Both the position numbers and the translations under genes were made by a program. Positions 9,302-17,549 of a DNA stretch of 34,091 bases are shown here, in pieces (the first letter of the stretch is position 1; each line of letters opens with the position of its first letter). This DNA comes from Bacteriovoracaceae bacterium (GTDB lineage: Bacteria; Bdellovibrionota; UBA1018): NCBI GenBank assembly GCA_947500275.1, contig CANMSW010000001.1:1-34091 (forward strand), written 5' to 3'. The notes beneath the pieces are model-generated. The model was not told the origin of the DNA and searched no databases. It saw only the letters and a program-made list of their open reading frames with translations.

Positions 9302-9948
9302 AATTCTCCCTTTATTTTTTGGCTCTCGGTAGAAGACCCCTGTTCACTTCTATCTGAAAGTTCAGAAAGAGAGAAAACCGGAGCACCCTGAGTATCGCGC
9401 TGTACCTTCTCCCACCGACTCTTCTGCTCGGCTGTGATTCTGCCGCGACCAAAACTGGCCGACATATCGGCGAGATCATAGACAGCCCGCTCATAGGCTT
9501 TAGTGTGGACGAGTGAAGTCGGAATACAAGACTCCACACAGAGTCCGCAGAAGGTGCAACTTGAGAAATCAATATCGAAAACTGATACCCAAGCCTTCTG
9601 GGAGTCCGGGACTTGAACTGTTTCCACCGTGATACATTTCACGGGGCAAACTTTCTCGCAGTCTCTGCACCCCGTGCACCGCTCAATATCATTAAAGAGT
9701 AAACCACGAACCCTTGCCGGAAGATCGTTCTCGGTCCGTGATGAAATGGGATCTGGATATTGCTCAGTCACTTCTTTTCGGAGGTCCGCAGCATTCCCCC
9801 CGCGCAAGTAAGGGAGCGACGCGCGAAGTGCGTTCGAAAGGCTCGCAAGAGCGTCGCGCAAAGATTTGAATGAAGCGATCAAATCTTGTGTCAACCCACT
9901 GGAAAAAGACGGAGCAACAAGGTCTCTCTCTTCACCGCTCATACTCAT
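9298..9948 (-). CDS. nuoI: NuoI-like 2x[4Fe-4S] ferredoxin subunit (divergent, with N- and C-terminal extensions)
   Basis: Contains CTGCRDCEKVCP and CTFCGLCVESCIP. I chose the start at MSMSGEE (ATG at 9948) because it forms an ATGA overlap with the nuoH-like stop and has GGAGGA upstream. The ORF track extends to 10023. Confidence 0.85.
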   Translation of the reverse strand: MSMSGEERDLVAPSFSSGLTQDLIASFKSLRDALASLSNALRASLPYLRGGNAADLRKEVTEQYPDPISSRTENDLPARVRGLLFNDIERCTGCRDCEKVCPVKCITVETVQVPDSQKAWVSVFDIDFSSCTFCGLCVESCIPTSLVHTKAYERAVYDLADMSASFGRGRITAEQKSRWEKVQRDTQGAPVFSLSELSDRSEQGSSTESQKIKGEL

Positions 9949-10982
9949 GGAGAAATTCCTCCTGCCTTCAAAAGGGCGGAACCCATCAGACAAACGAGAG
10001 AGATCGGGCCGAGTGCGCGCCAAGAGAAATCAGCAACTTGATCAAACCGAATTCTCGGCATCACACGCCCAACTACGCCCAAAACCATCATGAGTGACAG
10101 CGTTTTAAGACCTACGAGGAAAACTTGAATCGCCTGATATGCAAAGGTATTTGCGGCGCCCTCACCTAGAACAGCCACTAAAACAGAGCTTAAGAACCCA
10201 GGAAGCGCCCAGCCACCCATGAATAGCCCTACCGTAAGAACACACCAAACAAGCACACCGTAAAACTTGATGATCACGGACAAAGAGGAGCGCCTCCCCG
10301 AGAACAGTGTGCCAAGTCCACCTCGAAGATCAGGGCCAGACGCCGTGCTATCAAAAGGGGGTAACGAGAGGATTACCATTCCTGATGCTAGAAAAATAAG
10401 AAATGAAACAAACAGAAATGGCTCCCTGAACATTAGCCAAGTACCCATGCTTGAGTCATGCGGGCTTAAAAGGTTCGACCACTGAAACCCTCCGGCGGAG
10501 AGTCCCACCGATATTAGCGAAATCATCGCTGGCAGAAAGCCTGATATCGCTTGAAATGCCGAGCGAAGCCCGGCAAGCCAACCTGTAAACTCGCGACTGT
10601 TCACACCCAGGAGGAGGCTACAAACAGAAACCATCAAGATGCACCAGAGTGGCAGGAGAATCGATAATCCTGTAATCGTCATGAGGAGATGCGGTGCAAT
10701 CGGTACTGTTACCATTGCCGCGTGGAGTGCGGCTAACTGCAGGGCCGGCCACAGGGCTAGCTGCGGGGTTTTGAGTTCCGGCGAAACCTTCTGAAGTAAT
10801 TTCAGCTGATCGGCAATCCCCTGAAACAAGCCGAGGGGTCCCACGCGATTCGGGCCAACTCGGGCCTGAAGATCGGCTCCAATTTTTCTCTCGAAGTATG
10901 AGTGCAGAAACCCAACCGGGAGCACAAAACCCAGTTGAAGAATCAAGAGCGACGAGAAGACTTTTGAAAGTGTTTCAATCAT
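9945..10982 (-). CDS. nuoH: NuoH-like subunit (divergent)
   Basis: Contains FERKIGADLQARVGPNRVGPLGLFQGIADQLKLL, the hallmark ND1/NuoH N-terminal motif. I chose the start at MIETLSK (ATG at 10982, GAGAGG RBS, 13 nt after the nuoD-like stop). The ORF track extends to 11057, inside nuoD2. Confidence 0.88.
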   Translation of the reverse strand: MIETLSKVFSSLLILQLGFVLPVGFLHSYFERKIGADLQARVGPNRVGPLGLFQGIADQLKLLQKVSPELKTPQLALWPALQLAALHAAMVTVPIAPHLLMTITGLSILLPLWCILMVSVCSLLLGVNSREFTGWLAGLRSAFQAISGFLPAMISLISVGLSAGGFQWSNLLSPHDSSMGTWLMFREPFLFVSFLIFLASGMVILSLPPFDSTASGPDLRGGLGTLFSGRRSSLSVIIKFYGVLVWCVLTVGLFMGGWALPGFLSSVLVAVLGEGAANTFAYQAIQVFLVGLKTLSLMMVLGVVGRVMPRIRFDQVADFSWRALGPISLVCLMGSALLKAGGISP

Positions 10983-10995
10983 TCTAGCCTCTCGA

Positions 10996-12138
10996 TCATC
11001 GGTCGATTTCCGCCAAGTTGAGGTCAAGGCTCGCCAGGACCAATGGAATATCCTCAAGTTGGCAGCCAGGTATGATCTCGGGTAACAGATCCAGCGGCGC
11101 CCGAGACGGCACTCTAAAGTGGACTCGTGATGGCCGCTCGCCTCCGGCGGATAAGACGTGACAGGTCAGTAAGCCCCGGGAGCTTTCCACTCGGGAGAAC
11201 CCTTCTCCGATCGGAATCTTAAATTTCTCATCTGCCTTCAAGCCGAGGGCGCTTCCGGTCGGCATGATTTCTGAGCACTGGCGTATAATATCCATCGATT
11301 GAACAATCTCTCGAATGCGAATCATGTATCGCCCATGACAATCGCCTTCGCGCTCTTCTCCCATCACCACATCAAAATCTAACTTCGAATAGGCAGCATG
11401 GGGCGCCCATCGTCGCGTATCCATGGCAATCCCGCTTGCTCGGGCATTTGGCCCCGAAAGACCAACCCTCTTGGCCGCTTCAGGAGTGATGTTTGCGGTT
11501 GCTCGTGCTCGACCTAAGAATGCCTGATTGTAGCTAAAAAGGTCGTTGTACTCTTTAAACCGGTGGCGCATGACGGCGCAAACTTCAAGCACCCGCTCTA
11601 AAAAGCCGTCGGTCACATCGTGGACTACGCCACCCATCCGGAGGAAATTAAGAGAAAACCGTGCACCTGTGAGTAGCTCGAAAAGATCGACAAACTTTTC
11701 CCGATCTCGCTGGACGTAGTGGAAAAGAGTTTCTGCTCCTACAGTGCGCGCTAAGCGCGCTACAAAGCCCAGATGCGATACCACCCGTGAAAGCTCAGCT
11801 GCTAGCGTTCTTACAAACAGGGCTCTTTCGGAAACCTCGATGCCCGCGAGATCTTCGACTGCCTGACAATAGGCGAGCTCCCCAAAAATGGCCCCCTCTG
11901 GGTCAAGGCGGTCAGATATCAGCACTCCGGCTGTCCAGCCCTCAGATTCAAATACTTTTTCAAGCCCTCGATGGGCAAATCCTGTTTCGGTTCTTGCGGA
12001 AACGACCAGCTCTCCATCGAGTACAAGCTTAAGCTGCATCAAGCCTGGCAAGCCTGGGTGATACGGGCCCATCACCCAGTTGGTCGAATCCGTCTGGAGA
12101 ACTTCCGTTTGAAAAGGCGCAGGGGCCATCGTCATCAT
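10996..12138 (-). CDS. nuoD: NuoD-like 49 kDa subunit, divergent paralogue
   Basis: 380 aa. Contains MGPYHPGLPGLMQLKLVLDGE, TGFAHRGLEKVFE, LTGARFSLNFLRMGGV and the C-terminal LDLNLAEIDR. Confidence 0.88.
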   Translation of the reverse strand: MMTMAPAPFQTEVLQTDSTNWVMGPYHPGLPGLMQLKLVLDGELVVSARTETGFAHRGLEKVFESEGWTAGVLISDRLDPEGAIFGELAYCQAVEDLAGIEVSERALFVRTLAAELSRVVSHLGFVARLARTVGAETLFHYVQRDREKFVDLFELLTGARFSLNFLRMGGVVHDVTDGFLERVLEVCAVMRHRFKEYNDLFSYNQAFLGRARATANITPEAAKRVGLSGPNARASGIAMDTRRWAPHAAYSKLDFDVVMGEEREGDCHGRYMIRIREIVQSMDIIRQCSEIMPTGSALGLKADEKFKIPIGEGFSRVESSRGLLTCHVLSAGGERPSRVHFRVPSRAPLDLLPEIIPGCQLEDIPLVLASLDLNLAEIDR

Positions 12139-12148
12139 TTTCTTGTCC

Positions 12149-12676
12149 TCACTGCTGCTCGGCCTTTTCGGTCGAAGAACCCAGTCGCCTCATGGGGAAG
12201 CCAAAATGATCGTGATCATGATCATGATCGAGTGAAAAGTCAGATCCAAAGTCTGGCCGATTTAAAAACTGGATCCCGAATAAAACTTCTATTTCCAGCT
12301 CGGAGCCGATCGCCGCAGGCCAGAACTGAGCGAGGGAAGGGAGCTCCGTGAGCTCGCCTGTGCCAGTGACCGGCAATACGACTCTCAACCAAAGACTTCG
12401 GCCAAACTGGCTCGTATCAGTCCACTTTGCGGTGACAAGAAGCCCACCTTGAAACTCCATCGCAAAAAGGTCTTCAAAAAATGAAAGACCTAGCTCATTC
12501 GATGACCGACGAAGCTGACTCAGCGCTTCTGAAAATGACTCTCTGCTCACAAAAATCTGAATCGCCCGGTTAGACCCGGTCGCTTCAAATTGGCTAACAT
12601 CTTGGATCGCTAAACCCTTAAAGACTTCGCGTACCCGCGCCGACCAAACTTCATGGGAAGATTTAGGATTCGCCAC
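12149..12676 (-). CDS. nuoC: NuoC-like 30 kDa subunit, divergent paralogue with (HD)4 tract
   Basis: 175 aa, lying between nuoB-like and nuoD-like. There is weak similarity to the NuoC core (compare GSELEIEVLFGIQFLNRPD with AEREVWDMFGVRFEGHPD). The call rests mainly on position. Confidence 0.65.
   Translation of the reverse strand: MANPKSSHEVWSARVREVFKGLAIQDVSQFEATGSNRAIQIFVSRESFSEALSQLRRSSNELGLSFFEDLFAMEFQGGLLVTAKWTDTSQFGRSLWLRVVLPVTGTGELTELPSLAQFWPAAIGSELEIEVLFGIQFLNRPDFGSDFSLDHDHDHDHFGFPMRRLGSSTEKAEQQ
12206..12229 (-). repeat. Hexanucleotide (GATCAT/GATCAC)x4 tract encoding DHDHDHDH in NuoC2; contains four GATC sites
   Basis: The plus strand reads atgatcgtgatcatgatcatgatc. The reverse-strand codons are GAT CAT GAT CAT GAT CAC GAT CAT. 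Confidence 0.9.
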
Positions 12677-13145
12677 GAATCTTCTCCTGAAGGGTGATCA
12701 AGCCGTTCATAATAGCCTCGGGTCTGGGTGGGCAACCAGGCACATGGACATCCACCGGAATGATCCTTCCAACCCCTGAAAGACCTGTGTAGCTCCGATC
12801 CTCTGAAAATAAGCCCCCACAGCTGGCACAACTTCCAAGCGCCATTACGTACTTCGGCGCCAACATTTTTTCGTAAATCTGAAGCAGATGGGGCGCTGAC
12901 TTACGCGTCACTACGCCGCTCACAAGGAGAAGGTCCGCCTGAGAGGGTTCAAGCTGAGGAACACACCCAAACCGCTCGAGATCGTAGCGGCTCCCCAACG
13001 TCTCCATGACCTCATCGGCACAACAACCGGACTGAACGGCGTAATACCAAAGGGACCCAGAGCGAGCCCATTTCATGGCGCTCTCGAGTTTCGACAGAAA
13101 AAAACCACTCTGATTCTCTGATGCTGAAGGTCTGCCTTTATTCAT
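12663..13145 (-). CDS. nuoB: NuoB-like 20 kDa subunit, divergent paralogue (N2 cysteines retained)
   Basis: 160 aa. Contains SGCCADEVM, GSCASCGG and PGCPPRPEAI. ATGA overlap with the nuoA-like gene. Confidence 0.9.
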   Translation of the reverse strand: MNKGRPSASENQSGFFLSKLESAMKWARSGSLWYYAVQSGCCADEVMETLGSRYDLERFGCVPQLEPSQADLLLVSGVVTRKSAPHLLQIYEKMLAPKYVMALGSCASCGGLFSEDRSYTGLSGVGRIIPVDVHVPGCPPRPEAIMNGLITLQEKIRGES

Positions 13146-13651
13146 AAAGACTCCTCCCGGTGATTTTCCTTCTCGGCGCGATAGGTCCGCAACAGGAATA
13201 GGTCGCCCTTTCCTGATCCATGTAGCAATCCAAGTAAGGCGAGCAATGCGATGGACAGGAGCAGAATCAGCGTTCGCGAATTCGTGGCAGCGCCCTCTCC
13301 GACGATCCCTACGCGATAGGCGAGTGGAATTAAAACCATGACCATTCCTAGGAGCAGGTGGGCAAACAGAGTTGTGACGAAAAACCGAGAGTTAAACCTC
13401 CTGCCGAGCAAGGGACTCGTCGTTTCGTCATCTCTCAATACTGGCTGATGCCCTTGGCTTGGCTCGACATGACTGGAGCGCGCCCGATTGCTGCCGCGCC
13501 GGGGCAAGAGCATGGTCCGTGAAATGATATAGAGAACAGCAGGTACAACCAAAGACACTGCTGCAGCAACAAAGAAGGGGAGGTAAGCCTGCCAGCTTGA
13601 CGATATCCCTTCAGTCTGAAATGCCGCTAATATTCCCTGCGCTTCGCTCAT
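13142..13651 (-). CDS. nuoA: NuoA-like membrane subunit, divergent and extended paralogue
   Basis: 169 aa with about three TM segments. It is the first gene of the operon and is translationally coupled to nuoB2. RRFNSRFFVTTLFAHLL aligns with canonical RFSVRFYLVAILFLLF. It carries a long Arg/Ser/Pro-rich loop. Confidence 0.55.
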   Translation of the reverse strand: MSEAQGILAAFQTEGISSSWQAYLPFFVAAAVSLVVPAVLYIISRTMLLPRRGSNRARSSHVEPSQGHQPVLRDDETTSPLLGRRFNSRFFVTTLFAHLLLGMVMVLIPLAYRVGIVGEGAATNSRTLILLLSIALLALLGLLHGSGKGDLFLLRTYRAEKENHREESL

Positions 13652-13847
13652 GATGTGCCCGCGTGTGTTACTGCCGGCATTAGGGGCCGGACTCGTGGCA
13701 TTGCCGGTGCCAGCTCGGTTTTATCGGGCGTCGGTTTAGTCACGAAATTTATTCGTAAATCCGAATTCCAGTTCGAACGAAAAAACTACTGAATGGAAAA
13801 AGGGGTGTCAAGGCAATGGGGGAGCAAGTTATCCTGAGGCCTGAGCC

Positions 13848-16800
13848 ATGAGCGCTACAGCAACAGTCCAAAATCCCTTCGCCCAGTTTATGGCGGCTTG
13901 CCACGCAAGCTTGGAGAGCAGCTTGAGTGGGCGCGCAGGCGCCGGGATCTCGGGGGCTACAGGCATAGCTCGAGCGCTTGTCCTTGCTCGGCTGTTAAGG
14001 TCCGCGAATCAAAAGACCGAGAGCTTCAGGCCCGCGCAGTGGGTCTGTATCTGCCCAAACGACGAGACACTCCAGGATCTGCACAAAGACCTGATCGAGC
14101 TGATCTCAGCTTTTTTTGAACAAAAGGACGCGCCTCGTGTTCTCGCCTTTCCAGATTGGGACGCAAACCCCTACACGACAGCGTCGCCCTCGATTCGTGT
14201 TCGACATGCTCGATTGGCCGCTTTGGCCGCCCTGCTCACCCCAGGGCCTCCGCTTGTCCTTTTGACGACGCCTGAGTCTTTCATCCGGGGCACGATTCCG
14301 TTGCAAGAGTTCAAGTCGCGGGCGATCCACCTGAAGGTGGGGCAGGAGGCTTCAGATCGAGACGAACTTCTCGCGTCCCTCTTCGCCTGCGGATACCTTC
14401 AGTCGGACCCAGTCGAAGATCCTGGTACTTTTGCGTTTCGCGGTGAAATCCTCGACATCTTTCCCCCAGGAAGACTGCGCCCCTTTCGCGTAGAGTTTTT
14501 TGATAACGAAGTTGAACGGATTCGTGAGTTTGACCCCCAAACGCAGAGGACTGAGGGCGGCAAGAGCGAAAGCCTGCGCGGTCTTTCCGAGATCATTCTC
14601 TACCCAGCACGTGAAGTCATTCTCGATGAAAACACGGTTCCTGCTCTTCGTGAAAACTTAAAAGCCCATGCCGACGATCTCGAGATTCCTCGCTCCGTTC
14701 GTGATCCGATTATGGCAGGGATCAGCCCGGCCCTTAACCCGGACCACGCCGACGCCTGGGTCCCTTTCTGCTGGAACAAGACTGAGAGCCTTTTCAATCA
14801 TCTTCAGGGGAATACGCACTTCACAGTCGTTGAACCCGAGGCCTGTATCGAATCCCTTCAAGCCACACGCGCTAGTTATGAAAGCGCATGCAGTCGCGCC
14901 CCCCTTCAAGGTCTAATCCTCCCTCCGCTCGAGAAGCTTTATGCCTTCGAGCCAGATCAGATGGCCCTCCTATCCAAGCGGGCAAACCTTAGCTTGAGAG
15001 GCGCTTCAACCGGGCAGCGATCCGACTCATCTTTTGACCTGGCAGGAGAAACTCCTTTAGTGGTCGCAAACCGACTCAAGGCCGAGGGATCCTCCTCGAG
15101 TAAAAATCTGGTCCGGCATCTCTTAGAGCTCGGCCACAAAGTATATCTTTTCTCACGTGCTGGAACTTCGATCGATCGTCTTGAAAAATATTTGCGTGAC
15201 GGCGAGGCACCCTTTCGCCACGTCTCGAATCCGTTTGATGGCTTACTTGAGGGGGCGGACTCTGGGTCCGGAGTTGCAGAAATTTTCAAGGGCAAGATAA
15301 CTTCCGGTTTTGTATGGAGCGCCGCCAAGGTTGCTATTCTTAGGGACTCCGACGCAACCGGAGCATCTGAAGTCAGCAGAAAGACGCGGGCGGCGCGAGG
15401 CCGAAAGAAAACTCCAGAAGAAGGCGGCCTCAGTGGCGCTAAGAACTGGTCCGAAATCCAGGCGCTAGCAGATCTTTCGACCAACGACGCCGTTGTTCAC
15501 GCAGACCATGGAGTCGGGAGATATCGCGGCCTAACTCGTCTTGCGCTCAACGGCGCACCGAGTGACTTCCTCCAAATCGAATACGAGGCGGGCGATAAAC
15601 TTTATGTTCCGGTCTGGAGGCTCAACGTCATCCAAAAGTACGCCGGCACAGGTGAGTCGGCCCCGTTAGATCGTTTAGGGTCCCAGAACTTTCTGCGCCA
15701 AAAGGATCGCGCGCGAGAATCCGCACAGGCTCTGGCAGTCGACCTCGTACGCCTTTATGCCGAGCGAACTTTGAGGCCGGGTATAGCTTTCGCGCCCCCA
15801 GACGATTCCTTCGAACGCTTTGAACTCGAGTTTCCATTCGACGAGACTCCCGACCAGATGAAGGCTATCGAGGCTGTTCTTGATGACCTTCAAAGCGGCC
15901 GCCCTATGGACCGCCTTGTCTGTGGCGACGTCGGGTATGGAAAAACCGAAGTGGCCATCCGTGCAGCGTTTCATGCGGTAGCGAACGGAAAACAAGTCGG
16001 GGTCTTAGTGCCCACCACACTTCTGGCGACGCAGCATGAGAGCACTTTCAAATCACGACTCAGTGCGAGTGCTATTCATGTCGAGAGCATTACTCGTTTC
16101 AAATCGAGAACTGATCAAAAACGAGTTTTAGAGGAAACCGCCGCCGGAAAGATCGACGTCCTCATTGGCACCCATCGAGTCCTGTCTAAAGACGTCCGTT
16201 TCAAGGATCTAGGACTCGTCATCATCGATGAGGAGCAGCGCTTCGGAGTAGAGCATAAAGAGCTCCTAAAAACGCTTCGGGTGAATACTCATGTCCTTAC
16301 ACTTTCGGCCACACCTATCCCTCGGACGCTTCACTTGGCCCTTTCTGGGCTCCGCGATATCAGCTTAATCAACACTCCTCCGGTCGACCGACTGCCCATT
16401 AAGACGTGGGTTTCGCGAAGAAACGACGAGATGATCGCCACTGCCATCAGAAATGAGCTTGCACGCGGCGGCCAAGTCTTTTTCCTGCATAACCGCGTTC
16501 AGACCATCAAAGAAACAACCGCCCAACTAGCAAGGACCATTCCTGAGGCCCGCTTTGGCATGGCGCACGGACAGATGAGCGAAAGGGACCTTGAGTCTGC
16601 AATGCAGTCATTCCTGAAGAAAGAAAAGGATGTCCTCGTCTGCACGGCGATCATCGAGTCGGGTTTAGATATTCCATCCGCTAATACGATTCTGGTGGAT
16701 CGTGCTGACCACTTCGGCTTGGCCCAGCTCTATCAAATTCGCGGAAGGGTCGGTCGCGGACAGGTTCGTGCGTATGCTTATTTGATGACGCCGGAAGAGG

Positions 16801-17486
16801 CCCCGATCACCGACGACGCGCGTAAACGTCTCGATGTCATTCAGCGATTTATTGAGCTCGGAAGTGGCTTCAGCATTGCTTCTCACGATCTAGAGATGAG
16901 GGGCGGAGGCGACATTCTCGGTCCCGAACAGTCGGGACATATTGCGGCAGTCGGATACGAGCTTTATATGGAGCTCCTTGACGATGAAATTCGTAAGCTT
17001 CGCACCGAGGGAACCTCCCTTAGCAGTGAAGTTTCAAGTGCTCGTGACCCGGAAATAAAGGCTCCTTACCCGGCCTTTCTGCCCGAGGGGTATGTCCCAG
17101 AAGTACACCAAAGACTTGCGCTCTATCGCAGACTTTCTTCTGCAAGAACAGAAGGAGAGCTCCGAGACCTTGAGTCGGAGATGGAAGACCGCTTTGGACC
17201 TATAGGCGCAGAGGCGAAAAACCTTCTTTGGCTCATTCGCGTAAAACTACTTTTAAAAGCCCACGCCGTCGATATTTTGACAGTCGGCGAAGGCCGCGTA
17301 GTTTTGACAGCTGGTCCGGGAAGCCACTTCGATACCGACCGCGTCGTCGCGTTGATTTCCTCGGGATCTGGTGAATATCAGCTTACTCCTGATTCGAGAC
17401 TGATTGCCCGCGCTAATACCACGACCATCCATGAACTCCATTTTGATTTAGAGCGCCTTCTGGAAAAAGTGGCGCGGCGGAATTGA
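13848..17486 (+). CDS. mfd: Transcription-repair coupling factor Mfd
   Basis: 1212 aa. Contains an RNAP-interaction region (YEAGDKLYVPVWRLNVIQKY), FPFDETPDQ, Walker A GDVGYGKTEV, DEEQRFG, LSATPIPRTL and RGRVGRG. Confidence 0.96.
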   Translation: MSATATVQNPFAQFMAACHASLESSLSGRAGAGISGATGIARALVLARLLRSANQKTESFRPAQWVCICPNDETLQDLHKDLIELISAFFEQKDAPRVLAFPDWDANPYTTASPSIRVRHARLAALAALLTPGPPLVLLTTPESFIRGTIPLQEFKSRAIHLKVGQEASDRDELLASLFACGYLQSDPVEDPGTFAFRGEILDIFPPGRLRPFRVEFFDNEVERIREFDPQTQRTEGGKSESLRGLSEIILYPAREVILDENTVPALRENLKAHADDLEIPRSVRDPIMAGISPALNPDHADAWVPFCWNKTESLFNHLQGNTHFTVVEPEACIESLQATRASYESACSRAPLQGLILPPLEKLYAFEPDQMALLSKRANLSLRGASTGQRSDSSFDLAGETPLVVANRLKAEGSSSSKNLVRHLLELGHKVYLFSRAGTSIDRLEKYLRDGEAPFRHVSNPFDGLLEGADSGSGVAEIFKGKITSGFVWSAAKVAILRDSDATGASEVSRKTRAARGRKKTPEEGGLSGAKNWSEIQALADLSTNDAVVHADHGVGRYRGLTRLALNGAPSDFLQIEYEAGDKLYVPVWRLNVIQKYAGTGESAPLDRLGSQNFLRQKDRARESAQALAVDLVRLYAERTLRPGIAFAPPDDSFERFELEFPFDETPDQMKAIEAVLDDLQSGRPMDRLVCGDVGYGKTEVAIRAAFHAVANGKQVGVLVPTTLLATQHESTFKSRLSASAIHVESITRFKSRTDQKRVLEETAAGKIDVLIGTHRVLSKDVRFKDLGLVIIDEEQRFGVEHKELLKTLRVNTHVLTLSATPIPRTLHLALSGLRDISLINTPPVDRLPIKTWVSRRNDEMIATAIRNELARGGQVFFLHNRVQTIKETTAQLARTIPEARFGMAHGQMSERDLESAMQSFLKKEKDVLVCTAIIESGLDIPSANTILVDRADHFGLAQLYQIRGRVGRGQVRAYAYLMTPEEAPITDDARKRLDVIQRFIELGSGFSIASHDLEMRGGGDILGPEQSGHIAAVGYELYMELLDDEIRKLRTEGTSLSSEVSSARDPEIKAPYPAFLPEGYVPEVHQRLALYRRLSSARTEGELRDLESEMEDRFGPIGAEAKNLLWLIRVKLLLKAHAVDILTVGEGRVVLTAGPGSHFDTDRVVALISSGSGEYQLTPDSRLIARANTTTIHELHFDLERLLEKVARRN

Positions 17487-17549
17487 TTGCTTCTTCAGAA
17501 CTTACTTTCCGCGGTTGCCTCTCTGGTGATCCGTGTTACTTTTTATATT

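Noticed and set aside
9949-11057. Longer N-terminal extensions in the ORF track for the nuoI-like (to 10023) and nuoH-like (to 11057) genes. The same applies to fabH-like (to 31229), the PPIase (from 17487) and the surA-like gene (from 18447).
   Set aside because: The extensions overlap the upstream gene by 60-80 nt and lack an RBS. The internal ATGs give ATGA overlaps or good SD spacing and match the family N-termini.
3310-13651. The idea that the divergent nuo cluster is simply a decaying pseudogene array.
   Set aside because: All 11 frames are uninterrupted over about 10.3 kb. They have preserved RBSs, ATGA-type coupling, retained Fe-S cysteines and a proper terminator. Decay would be expected to produce frameshifts or stops. 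This still needs a dN/dS test.
13696-13711. A sigma54-like element TGGCATTGCCGGTGCC, with correct GG-N10-GC spacing, in the nuoA2/mfd divergent spacer.
   Set aside because: It is a single imperfect match (GTGC instead of TTGC) pointing toward mfd, a gene not expected to be sigma54-dependent. No enhancer-like repeats were seen upstream, so it is likely chance.
14957-15484. A 175-aa minus-strand ORF inside mfd.
   Set aside because: It is antisense to mfd and has a low-complexity Ser/Pro/Arg-rich product. It is a shadow ORF.
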